Origin: Parcubacteria group bacterium M6-OD1-4
GTDB lineage: Bacteria > Patescibacteriota > Patescibacteriia > Patescibacteriales > UBA12465
DNA: 64,000 nt
Assembly: GCA_003056205.1 (NCBI GenBank)
Contig: LSNS01000004.1
Span: forward strand, 188,630 to 252,629
Direction: 5' to 3'
A program made the translations under genes and the position numbers. The notes beneath the pieces were generated by a model that ran no database searches, was not told the origin of the DNA, and worked only from the letters and a program-made list of their open reading frames with translations. Of the stretch, positions 1 to 8,814 are shown piece after piece (the stretch's first letter is position 1; each line of letters starts with the position of its first letter).

Positions 1-1620
1 CATGGTAAATAAAGCGGTTTCAGCTTGATTTTTAATTTCCGCTTCTTCTTTCTTTTTCTGATCTTCTCCAGCATGAAGTTCTGCCTCTTTTTTCATTTTT
101 TCTATTTCTTCTTTACTGAGACCAGAAGAAGCGGTAATCGTAATCTTTTGTTGCTTATTGGTAGCCTTATCAGTGGCCGAGACATTTAAAATACCATTAG
201 CATCAATATCAAATTTAACTTCAATTTGCGGAACTCCGCGGGGAGCAGAAGGGATACCATCTAGAATAAAACGTCCTAAAGTTTTATTATCAGCAGCCAT
301 GGAACGTTCACCTTGAACAATGTGAATATCAACAGCAGTTTGACCATCAGCCGCCGTAGAAAAAATCTGTGATTTAGAAGTTGGAATAGTAGTATTCTTT
401 TCAATTAATGGGGTAGCCACTGAACCCATAGTTTCAATTCCTAAAGTTAAGGGGGTCACATCTAATAACAAAACATCTTTAACATCGCCTTGTAAAACAC
501 CCGCCTGAACTGCCGCTCCCATTGCTACAACTTCATCGGGATTAACATTAAGATTAGGTTCTTTATTAAAAAATTCTTTAACTTTTTTCTGAACCAAAGG
601 CATTCTGGTCATTCCACCAACCATAATTACTTCATTGATATCTGCTAATTTAAAACCAGAATCAGCAAGCGCTTTTTTACAAGGTTCAATTGTTTTTTCT
701 ACTAAATCTTGAATAAGAGTTTCTAGTTTTGCCCGTGAGAGCTTCATTACTAAGTGCTTAGGACCATTAGCATCAGTGGTGATAAAGGGTTGATTAATTT
801 CAGTTTCCTGTGCTGTTGATAATTCAATCTTAGCTTTCTCAGCTGATTCTTTAATACGCTGTAAAGCTAAAGGATCTTTAGATAAATCAATTCCCTGATC
901 TTTTTTGAATTCTTCAATAATCCAAGCAATAATCCGTTGATCAAAGTCTTCACCACCTAAGTGAGTATTACCATTGGTCGCTTTAACCTCAACAGTATCG
1001 CTAGAAATATCTAAAACCGAAACATCAAATGTTCCACCACCAAGATCATAAACAGCAATCTTTTGGCCCTGCTTTTTATCAAAACCATAAGCCAGCGCAG
1101 CGGCTGTTGGTTCGTTAATAATTCTCTTCACCTCTAAACCAGCAATTGTACCCGCATCTTTGGTGGCTTGACGCTGAGAATCATTAAAATAGGCGGGAAC
1201 AGTAATAATCGCTTCAGTAATTTTTTCTCCTAACTTAACTTCGGCATCGGCTTTTAATTTTGACAAAATCATTGCCGATATTTCTTGAGGACTATAATTT
1301 TTATCACCCATTTTAACTTGCACTCCTTCACCAGATTGCAAAATCTTATAGGGAGCAGTTTTTAGATCTCGTTGAACTTCGTCTTCACCAAAATGACGAC
1401 CAATCAAACGCTTCACCGCATAAACGGTATTCTCGGGGTTAATAACTGCCTGACGTTTTGCTGCTGAACCAACAATTCGTTCACCATTTTTATCAATAGC
1501 AACGACTGAAGGTGTGGTTCGATTACCTTCAATATTTTCAATGATTTTTGGTGCCCCCCCCTCCATAATTGCCATGGCGGAGTTTGTTGTCCCTAAATCA
1601 ATTCCTAAAATTTTAGACAT
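1..1620 (-). CDS. dnaK: Molecular chaperone DnaK (Hsp70), N-terminal ~540 aa; the C-terminus lies beyond the window edge
   Basis: Not in the ORF track because it runs off the window. Reverse-strand translation from the ATG at 1620-1618 reads [29 protein letters not shown], the canonical Hsp70 N-terminal ATPase signature. The frame stays open to position 1. Confidence 0.95.
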   Translation of the reverse strand, partial: MSKILGIDLGTTNSAMAIMEGGAPKIIENIEGNRTTPSVVAIDKNGERIVGSAAKRQAVINPENTVYAVKRLIGRHFGEDEVQRDLKTAPYKILQSGEGVQVKMGDKNYSPQEISAMILSKLKADAEVKLGEKITEAIITVPAYFNDSQRQATKDAGTIAGLEVKRIINEPTAAALAYGFDKKQGQKIAVYDLGGGTFDVSVLDISSDTVEVKATNGNTHLGGEDFDQRIIAWIIEEFKKDQGIDLSKDPLALQRIKESAEKAKIELSTAQETEINQPFITTDANGPKHLVMKLSRAKLETLIQDLVEKTIEPCKKALADSGFKLADINEVIMVGGMTRMPLVQKKVKEFFNKEPNLNVNPDEVVAMGAAVQAGVLQGDVKDVLLLDVTPLTLGIETMGSVATPLIEKNTTIPTSKSQIFSTAADGQTAVDIHIVQGERSMAADNKTLGRFILDGIPSAPRGVPQIEVKFDIDANGILNVSATDKATNKQQKITITASSGLSKEEIEKMKKEAELHAGEDQKKKEEAEIKNQAETALFTM

Positions 1621-1651
1621 AATGTTTTTTGTTTAATTTATTATTAATTTA

Positions 1652-2089
1652 TTATTTATTTTTCTTCTTAGTTTCTATTTTGATGGTTTGTGACTTAATT
1701 TCCGGAGCTTTCGGAATAGTAATTTTTAGGATTCCTTCACTATTAACTGCTGTTGCTCGCTGACCATTAACCTTGGTTGGTAAAGGAATAGAACGATAAA
1801 AGGAACCTCGATGGATTTCTTTACGATAATAATTTTGATCATCAACTTCGCTTTTTTTCTCACTTTCTCCTTTTAGAGAAAGCACATTATTTTCAATAGA
1901 AATGCTAACTTTCTTGGGATCAATCCCTCCCAACTGGGTTTCAACAATAATATTATCTTTATCCTCGTAGATATCAACGGCGGGGGTAAAGCCAAATTGT
2001 TGACCACGAATTCCTGGTAACAGAGAATTCATGGTTTGCTCTAAATCATCAAATTCTGGAAAGAATGGTGTCCATTTTATTAAAGACAT
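1652..2089 (-). CDS. Small heat-shock protein, Hsp20/alpha-crystallin family
   Basis: 145 aa with an alpha-crystallin-like core (PAVDIYEDKDNIIVETQLGGIDPKKVSISIENNVLSLKGE ... FYRSIPLP ... GILKITIPK). It lies between grpE and dnaK. Confidence 0.85.
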   Translation of the reverse strand: MSLIKWTPFFPEFDDLEQTMNSLLPGIRGQQFGFTPAVDIYEDKDNIIVETQLGGIDPKKVSISIENNVLSLKGESEKKSEVDDQNYYRKEIHRGSFYRSIPLPTKVNGQRATAVNSEGILKITIPKAPEIKSQTIKIETKKKNK

Positions 2090-2173
2090 AATATTTCTAT
2101 TATTTTTCTTTAAAATTTAAGTGATTTACTAAAACTTAAATAGATAAAGAAAAAAAACTTTAAAAAAATAAAA

Positions 2174-2788
2174 TTACTTAACTATTACTTTAGCCGGTCT
2201 AATCACTCGACCATTCAGTTTATAGCCCGGCATAATTTCCTGCTGAACCTGGTCACCAGTACCACTGATTGCTTCCATGGTCTGATGATCAAATTTAGCA
2301 TTTTTAGTTTCAATCTCTTCTACTCCACGAGCATAGAGAACATTTTTAAATTCTTTTAAAACGTGTTTAACGCCAATTACCCAAGCACTTTTCAATTCTG
2401 TTTCACTTAAACCAGCAATAGAAATTTTTAAATGATCATAAATTGGTAAAATATCCTGTAAAAAATCACCAATGGCATATTTAATAAAATCTTGCTTCTC
2501 CTGGGCACTTTGCTTTAATAAATTATGATAGTCTGCTAAGGCCCGGCGGTATTTATTTTCCCAACTTTGTTGATCTTCTTCTTTAATAAGTTCAAAACGA
2601 GCTTGGCGACCCTTTTTAGTCTCCACTTCATCTAAAAATTCTGATAAAGGGCGAGACCAAAACTTTCCGTCTTTTAAGCCTTTATAAATAACTACTGGTT
2701 TTTCATTAATTGTCGATTTGGCTAATAGAACAATCTGATACTCGTGGCCTTTGTAATGACGATAAATTCCTTTTTTTAACTCAGGCAT
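2174..2788 (-). CDS. grpE: Nucleotide exchange factor GrpE with an N-terminal DUF1653-like domain
   Basis: The C-terminal two-thirds has GrpE hallmarks: a coiled-coil (YRRALADYHNLLKQ), then FDHQTMEAI ... GYKLNGRVIRPAKVIV. The first ~60 aa (GIYRHYKGHEYQIV...VVIYKGL..GKFWSRPLSEF) match the DUF1653 pattern from memory. Confidence 0.85.
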   Translation of the reverse strand: MPELKKGIYRHYKGHEYQIVLLAKSTINEKPVVIYKGLKDGKFWSRPLSEFLDEVETKKGRQARFELIKEEDQQSWENKYRRALADYHNLLKQSAQEKQDFIKYAIGDFLQDILPIYDHLKISIAGLSETELKSAWVIGVKHVLKEFKNVLYARGVEEIETKNAKFDHQTMEAISGTGDQVQQEIMPGYKLNGRVIRPAKVIVK

Positions 2789-2793
2789 AATAC

Positions 2794-3489
2794 TTATTGT
2801 TTAAATTTCTTTTCAATAAATGTTAATAAGGCTAAATTGTGACGATAATCCATGCGCATCGGACCAAGAATACCTAAAATAGCGCTTTGCTTGTTATTTT
2901 TATATTTAAGCAAAACTGTACTTAGAAAGTTTCCGAAAGGATTTTGTGAACCAATTAATACTTGCTGACCATTAGGTAATTTTTCAAAAACATCATCAAT
3001 AATTTCTTCTAAACGATCAATAACCTCAGAAACATTACAAACGGTATTAACCCGCTTAAATTCTGGCTGAGCAAATAAATTAGCTAAACCAGTATAAAAT
3101 AAATTATTCTTATGAAAAGCCCAAAAAACAGTAGCCGATGAAAATTTAGCAATTATTTTGGCAATTTGTTTATAAGCCGTTTCTTCATGCTTAAAGAACT
3201 TATCAAGGGTTTTTAGTTCCGAATCTTTTAGTTCTGTTTTCTGGTGATTATTCCTAATATCTAATAAAAATAATTCATAAGCTAACTCAGTGGGAATACG
3301 TCCCGAAGAAGTATGGGGCTGATAAATATAACCAGCATTCTCTAATTCCATCATTTCATTACGCACTGTCGCTGGGGAAATATTTAATTTATATTTATTT
3401 ACTAAAACACCCGAAGAAACTGCTTGAGCAGTTTTCAAATATTCTTTAATAACAGTAAATAATAAAAATTTTTTACGTTCAGAAATCAT
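2794..3489 (-). CDS. hrcA: Heat-inducible transcription repressor HrcA (short form, 231 aa)
   Basis: N-terminal winged-helix region with SPATVRNEMMELENAGYIYQPHTSSGRIPT, the conserved HrcA motif. A perfect CIRCE operator lies immediately upstream. Confidence 0.85.
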   Translation of the reverse strand: MISERKKFLLFTVIKEYLKTAQAVSSGVLVNKYKLNISPATVRNEMMELENAGYIYQPHTSSGRIPTELAYELFLLDIRNNHQKTELKDSELKTLDKFFKHEETAYKQIAKIIAKFSSATVFWAFHKNNLFYTGLANLFAQPEFKRVNTVCNVSEVIDRLEEIIDDVFEKLPNGQQVLIGSQNPFGNFLSTVLLKYKNNKQSAILGILGPMRMDYRHNLALLTFIEKKFKQ

Positions 3490-3497
3490 ACATATCT

Positions 3498-3526
3498 ATT
3501 ATAGCGCTAATTAGCACTCAAGTCAA
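3498..3526 (-). promoter_or_regulatory. Sigma70-type promoter of the hrcA operon, overlapping CIRCE
   Basis: The minus strand reads TTGACT(3526-3521)-17 nt-TATAAT(3503-3498). The -10 ends 8 nt before the hrcA ATG. The -35 lies in the CIRCE spacer, and one CIRCE arm fills much of the promoter spacer. Confidence 0.6.
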
Positions 3527-3537
3527 GAGAGTGCTAA
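3511..3537. promoter_or_regulatory. CIRCE operator (HrcA binding site)
   Basis: TTAGCACTC-aagtcaaga-GAGTGCTAA is an exact match to the CIRCE consensus TTAGCACTC-N9-GAGTGCTAA. It sits 22 nt upstream of the hrcA ATG. Confidence 0.95.
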
Positions 3538-3574
3538 TTATTATTATTATTTACCTAATATTTAAACAATATCT

Positions 3575-5710
3575 TTATTTAGAAACTAAAGGATGATCAA
3601 CTGTAAAATACCATTTAATAATATCTCGGGAAATAAAAGCTGTAATAGCATCACCAGCAACCCCCTTCTCAACAATAACAGCAATCACAATTTGCGGTTT
3701 TTTATAGGGAGCAAAAGCAGTAAACCAAGCATGGGGTGGTTCGGTTGAAGACCATTGGGCAGTTCCTGTCTTTCCTGCTGTCGCTACTGGTAAATACTCT
3801 AATTCTCGACCACTACCGCTAGTAACGGCCTGGCGCATTCCTTCCCGAACAATTTGTAAATTAGCTGAAGAAATAAAATGACTGCGAATAACCACGGGCT
3901 TAATAACTTTAATAACTTGATTATCAGAATTTAATATTTTACTAACGAGATGTGGGCGATAAAGAGTCCCCCCATTAGCAACGGCGGAGATATAATTAGC
4001 AACTTGTAAGGGAGTAACCAATAATGCTCCCTGACCAATAGATAAATGATAAGTATCACCAACATACCAAGCTTGGTGTTTAACCCGTTCTTTCCAGGCT
4101 GCTGTTGGAACAAAGCCTGGACGTTCTCCCGGCAAATCAATACCCGTTAATTGACCAAGTCCGAAGAGCCGCGCATATTTTATCAAACCCGAAAGTCCCA
4201 AACCTTTAAAATTCTTATAGCCACCACCAATCATATAAAAGAAGGTATTCACTGACCAAGCAAGAGCCTTTTTAACATTTGTTATTCCATGTCCACCGGG
4301 TTTCCAATCGGGGAAAAACCACTGACCAATTCGTAAACCACCAGTACTTAAAACTGTGGTATTCTCAGTAATTATTTTGTCTTGCAAAGCACCCGCGGCA
4401 AAGACGGGTTTAATAACCGAACCTGAGGGAAATTCTCCACTGATGGCTCGGTCAAATAAAGGTTTATCGGGATTATTTAAAAATTTATCATATTCCTGTT
4501 GACTAATTCCTCGGGCAAATAAATTATTATTATAAGCTGGTAAACTAACGAGAGCGAGGATCGCCCCATTATTAGGATTCATTACTACTGCCGCCGCCCG
4601 ATGTAATTTTGCTTTCTTTAAATATATTTTTAGAACCCTTTCTACTTCTTGCTGTAAGCGGCCATCTAAAGATAATTCCAGATTATGACCATTAACCGCT
4701 GGAGTAATACTAACAATCTTTTCTTGGCGACCCAGAGCATCAACTTCAATATTTATCTTTCCAGGAGCACCTTTTAACTGTTTTTCCCAAGAATATTCTA
4801 AACCAGTTTTTCCGACATAATCTAGAGGAGAATAATTATTGCCTAATTTTTTTAATTCTGAGGCTGTAATTTTCCCCGTATAACCAAGAAGATGAGAAAA
4901 GCTACTCCTCCCGAGAATAATTGGTTGAGAACTAGTGCTGGGTAATAGATATTCTCGTCTAATCTTGCTGGATAAAAAAACTCCGGGCCAATTCGGAAGA
5001 TGGAGATCAATTTGTAAGGCTTGATCATAAGGAATTTTATCAAAAGCAAATAATGGTTTATATGATTCTAAAGAACCAATTTGGACCGTAGATAAAATAT
5101 GTTTTAATTTATAAAAAATAGCATTATCAGTGCTAATCTGAATAGTTGAAGTTCCTAGATGATAAATATCAGAATTCTTAATTAGATTAGAATTATGAGT
5201 ATCGGGATTTACATTACCAGATAATATCTTACTAACTTTACGTAATAGATTATCACGTACTAACTCATTTTTCGGTAAATCAATTGGTTTAAAATATAAA
5301 ACAAAATTAGCTTTATTACGCACTAACGCTCGTAAATTACGTGTATAAATAATTCCCCGTTTTGGTTCAATAATCTCCGAACGCAAACGATTTCCTTCAG
5401 ATAAAGAATTATAATAATTATTCTTACCAATTTGCAACCAGAATGCTCGTCCAATTAAAAACAATAAACCAAGAATTATTATTAAAGAAAAATATTTTAA
5501 TTTATTAAAATCAAAAGATAAATTAATAATTTCCTTGCGCTGATTATCTGCTAAAAACGACTCCTCAGTCCAATTAGTATAATAGAAAGAATCCTTCAAG
5601 CCTCCAAAATGAAAGCGTCCTTCTTTAATTAGAAAAGGGTCTTCTTTTTTGGTGGATAACATTTCAACTAAACGATCTTTTTTAGTTTTCTTAAAAAAAT
5701 TTCTAAACAT
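3575..5710 (-). CDS. Penicillin-binding protein 2 / class B PBP transpeptidase
   Basis: 711 aa with an N-terminal TM anchor, a dimerisation domain, and a transpeptidase domain carrying SxxK (SGSVIKP), SxN (WSVNT) and KTG (GKTGTAQ) motifs. Confidence 0.9.
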   Translation of the reverse strand: MFRNFFKKTKKDRLVEMLSTKKEDPFLIKEGRFHFGGLKDSFYYTNWTEESFLADNQRKEIINLSFDFNKLKYFSLIIILGLLFLIGRAFWLQIGKNNYYNSLSEGNRLRSEIIEPKRGIIYTRNLRALVRNKANFVLYFKPIDLPKNELVRDNLLRKVSKILSGNVNPDTHNSNLIKNSDIYHLGTSTIQISTDNAIFYKLKHILSTVQIGSLESYKPLFAFDKIPYDQALQIDLHLPNWPGVFLSSKIRREYLLPSTSSQPIILGRSSFSHLLGYTGKITASELKKLGNNYSPLDYVGKTGLEYSWEKQLKGAPGKINIEVDALGRQEKIVSITPAVNGHNLELSLDGRLQQEVERVLKIYLKKAKLHRAAAVVMNPNNGAILALVSLPAYNNNLFARGISQQEYDKFLNNPDKPLFDRAISGEFPSGSVIKPVFAAGALQDKIITENTTVLSTGGLRIGQWFFPDWKPGGHGITNVKKALAWSVNTFFYMIGGGYKNFKGLGLSGLIKYARLFGLGQLTGIDLPGERPGFVPTAAWKERVKHQAWYVGDTYHLSIGQGALLVTPLQVANYISAVANGGTLYRPHLVSKILNSDNQVIKVIKPVVIRSHFISSANLQIVREGMRQAVTSGSGRELEYLPVATAGKTGTAQWSSTEPPHAWFTAFAPYKKPQIVIAVIVEKGVAGDAITAFISRDIIKWYFTVDHPLVSK

Positions 5711-5898
5711 ATCTGTTAAAAATTTTAACGTTAATTAGATAGAAAAGCAAGAATAAAAAACGGCTTAAAAGGCAATAGTAACTTTATTTTTTATTTATAA
5801 AAACTTTAGATTTTATTCATCCAATTTCTGTTATAATTAAAAATGTCTTTCATAATAATTATTAATTTAAAAGTTTTAAAAATCTAAAAAATAAAAAT

Positions 5899-6570
5899 AT
5901 GCACTTACTCTTAATAGAAGACGATCTTAATATTACGAAGGCACTCATCCCCATTCTAAAAGAAAAAGGTTACAACATTGATCAAGCTTCAGAAGGAGAG
6001 CGCGGTTATTTCCTCGCCAGCACAAATAATTATGATTTGCTGATTTTGGATTATAATCTTCCGAAATTAACTGGTCGGGAGCTGATTAAAAAATTACGAC
6101 AAGAAAAAAATATTGTTCCTATTCTCATGCTAACCGTTCGTAACGAATTAAAGGAAAAAATTGATTTGTTTGAACTCGGAGTTGATGATTATCTAACTAA
6201 ACCTTTTAAAATTCCAGAGCTCTTAGCCCGAATTACAGCTTTATTACGACGACCGCAAAGCTGGCGTGGTAATATTTTAAAAATAAAGAATTTAGAACTA
6301 GATCATAATAAATTTTTAGTCACTAAAAATAAAATTAGAATAGCTCTGTCCTCTAAAGAATTTACCCTGTTAGAATATTTATTAGCAAACCAAGGAACAG
6401 TTTTATCTCGCCAGAATATTATGGAATACGTTTGGGATGAAAATGCTGATCCTTTTTCTAATACGATTGAAGTTCACATTGGAAATCTTCGTCGAAAGCT
6501 AGAAACTAAAAAAGAAAAATTTATTTTTACCATTTCTAACCGAGGCTATAAAATTGATCAGCAAAAATAA
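5899..6570 (+). CDS. OmpR/PhoB-family two-component response regulator
   Basis: The receiver domain has LLIEDD, a phospho-acceptor context (DLLILDYNLP) and LTVR..KEK. The C-terminal winged-helix has LSSKEFTLLEYL ... VWDE ... SNTIEVHIGNLRRKL. Confidence 0.9.
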   Translation: MHLLLIEDDLNITKALIPILKEKGYNIDQASEGERGYFLASTNNYDLLILDYNLPKLTGRELIKKLRQEKNIVPILMLTVRNELKEKIDLFELGVDDYLTKPFKIPELLARITALLRRPQSWRGNILKIKNLELDHNKFLVTKNKIRIALSSKEFTLLEYLLANQGTVLSRQNIMEYVWDENADPFSNTIEVHIGNLRRKLETKKEKFIFTISNRGYKIDQQK

Positions 6571-6588
6571 TAATAAAAACTAATAAAT

Positions 6589-8009
6589 ATGAATAAGTAT
6601 AAGATGGGGATTAAAAATTGGTGTTTGAAATTAATTGAACCGCAAAGTTTAAAAAAAAATTTAAAACGTAAAGAATTATTACTGAATATTTTATTAGTTT
6701 TTTCAATTGCCAGTTTCTTATTAATAAATCTAATAAATTTAATAGATTTATTAAACCACAACCAAAACTACTGCTTAGCGCCAATTTATGCTGGACCAAT
6801 TTTATTTTTTCTATTATTTATCTTTTATCTATCTAAAAAAGGGAAAATTAAGCTTGCTAGCTGGTTGCTATTATTAATTTATTCTTGGCCGATGCTTCAC
6901 TTGTTTATTATGCGTGGGGTAAATTTACCAGTGGCCCTATTATTCGCTGTTCTAATTATTTCTTTATTTGGTCTCTTACTTGGTGCTAGTCTTTCTCTAA
7001 TAAGCAGCGGAATAATCGGGATTCTGATGATTTCATTAAGCTATATCAAACATTTAAATTTAATGCCCGTTGATAATTATTGGCAAAATGAAATAAATGA
7101 AATCAGTCTTTATGTTCTGCTTTTACTACTAATTTCCACGATTATTTGGCTGTTTGCTCGAAATTTAAAACAAGCCTTGTTTCGTGCTCAAGCTAGTGAA
7201 AAAAAATTGCAACAGGAACGAGACTTATTAGAACTAAAAGTAATGGAAAAAACCACTGCTCTGCGTCAAATAGAAAAAGAAAAAATAATTCAGCTTTATC
7301 GTCTGGCTAATTTTGGACGTCTATCCTCGGGTGTTTTTCACGATTTAATCAATCCCTTAAGCGCTGTCTCCCTTAACCTCCAGCAAGTTCAAGAAGAAAC
7401 CAAGGCTCTAAATAATGTTAATCTCTATTTGGAACAAGCCATTGTCGCTGCTCATCAAATAGAAGATTTAATGGCGGGAATTAAAAAAATTATTCAACAA
7501 AAAAAGTAATTCGGGAATTTTTTAATATTAATGAAGAAATTAAAAAGATTATTTGTGTTTTAACTTTTAAAGCTCGTCGAGCAAAAGTTAAAATAAATTT
7601 TGATCCAGGAATTAATATCAATTTTTACGGAAACAGCGTTAAATTCGGACAAATAATTATGAATCTAATTGCCAATGCTATTGAAGCTAATGAAGAACAA
7701 AATAAAAAAGAGAAAATAAGATTACTTGAAAAGGAAGTCCAAATTAAAATCTGGAAAAACAAAAATAAAATTCGGATTACTATTGATGATCAGGGGACTG
7801 GTATCGCTCCAGAAAATATCATTAAAATTTTTGATTTATTTTTTACTACTAAAACTAAAGCTAATCAGGGTTTAGGAGTTGGACTATCTTCCGCCAAAAC
7901 AATTATTGAAGAGGATTTTCAAGGAGGAATTAGAGTAAAAAATAGAGAAAAAGAGGGGAGCCAATTCATTGTCTCTTTACCTTTTGCTTTCCCAAAAGTC
8001 CTTAGCTAA
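6589..8009 (+). pseudogene. Sensor histidine kinase interrupted by a frameshift near A7 homopolymers
   Basis: ORF 6589-7509 has multiple TM helices, a coiled coil and an H-box (SGVFHDLINPLSAV). After the stop at 7507-7509 the reading continues in another frame from ~7485/7509 (REFFNINEEIKKII...KFGQIIMNLIANAIEA). That frame runs through ORF 7659-8009 with N-box, G1 (DDQGTGI) and G2 (GLGVGL) ATPase motifs. A7 runs lie at 7483-7489 and 7499-7505. Confidence 0.7.
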
Positions 8010-8100
8010 TAGCTAATATTATTTTTAAATTAAGATTTAAAAGGTAAAAAATGATATAATAAGCTTATTAATTTACAAAATATTTATCTAAAAGACAACT

Positions 8101-8814
8101 ATGCCTCAAGATTTATTATCAATTATTGTCCCCGTGTATAATGAAGAACAACTTATTGGTACTTCCTTGCCGAAGATTTTTGAATTAAAGATTGCCAAAG
8201 AAGTAATAATTGTTAATGATGGTTCAACGGATCAAACGGGAATTATTCTTCAAGACTTACAACAAAAATTTAATTTTCAATTAATTAGCGAAACCAAGAA
8301 TAAAGGTAAAGGCTTTGCCGTCAGACAAGCTTTGAAACAGATTTCTGGAAATTATTTTATTATTTATGATGCTGATGATGAATATCAACTTAGTGATGTC
8401 GTTTCCCTCTTTGAAGAAATACAGAAAATTAATTTGTCCATGAACGCTCCAAAATCTAATCCCCAACCAGTAGTTCTTTACGGATCACGTTGGTTACATA
8501 AACCAGCGCTGAGTGCTCATTATCTCGTAAATAAATTTCTCACTGCCTTAACTAATCTGCTTTTTTCTAGTCACTTAACTGACATGGAAACTTGTTTAAA
8601 ACTAATCCCCAGCACCGCCTTAAAAGATTTAAAATTAAAAGGACGACGCTTTGAGATTGAACCAGAAATAACCGCTCAGTTATTAAAAGCTAATTATCTA
8701 ATTAAAGAGTTGCCAATTCAATATACTCGACGTAATTATCAACAAGGGAAAAAAATAAAAGCTCGTGATGGCCTTTTAGCAATTTATACTCTTATTAAAG
8801 AAAGGCTTATTTAA
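8101..8814 (+). CDS. Family 2 glycosyltransferase (polyprenol-phosphate glycosyltransferase-like)
   Basis: 237 aa with SIIVPVYNEE, VNDGSTD and a DxD-like YDADDEY motif, typical of a GT-A fold GT2. Confidence 0.8.
   Translation: MPQDLLSIIVPVYNEEQLIGTSLPKIFELKIAKEVIIVNDGSTDQTGIILQDLQQKFNFQLISETKNKGKGFAVRQALKQISGNYFIIYDADDEYQLSDVVSLFEEIQKINLSMNAPKSNPQPVVLYGSRWLHKPALSAHYLVNKFLTALTNLLFSSHLTDMETCLKLIPSTALKDLKLKGRRFEIEPEITAQLLKANYLIKELPIQYTRRNYQQGKKIKARDGLLAIYTLIKERLI

Noticed and set aside
3931-5049. Short ORFs nested in or antisense to long genes. Examples: 3931-4140, 4852-5049, 6558-6799, 8281-8466, 9365-9553, 18087-18360, 26757-26996, 28591-28794, 29159-29341, 29953-30141, 32122-32674, 33004-33267, 33371-33646, 39514-40146, 42708-43518, 44058-44811, 48071-48443, 51034-51349, 57854-58063, 58740-59006, 60708-61176 and 63454-63675.
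   Set aside because: Each lies entirely or largely inside a much longer ORF with clear family motifs. Their translations are low-complexity or compositionally odd (shadow frames of AT-rich coding sequence), and none shows a recognisable motif.
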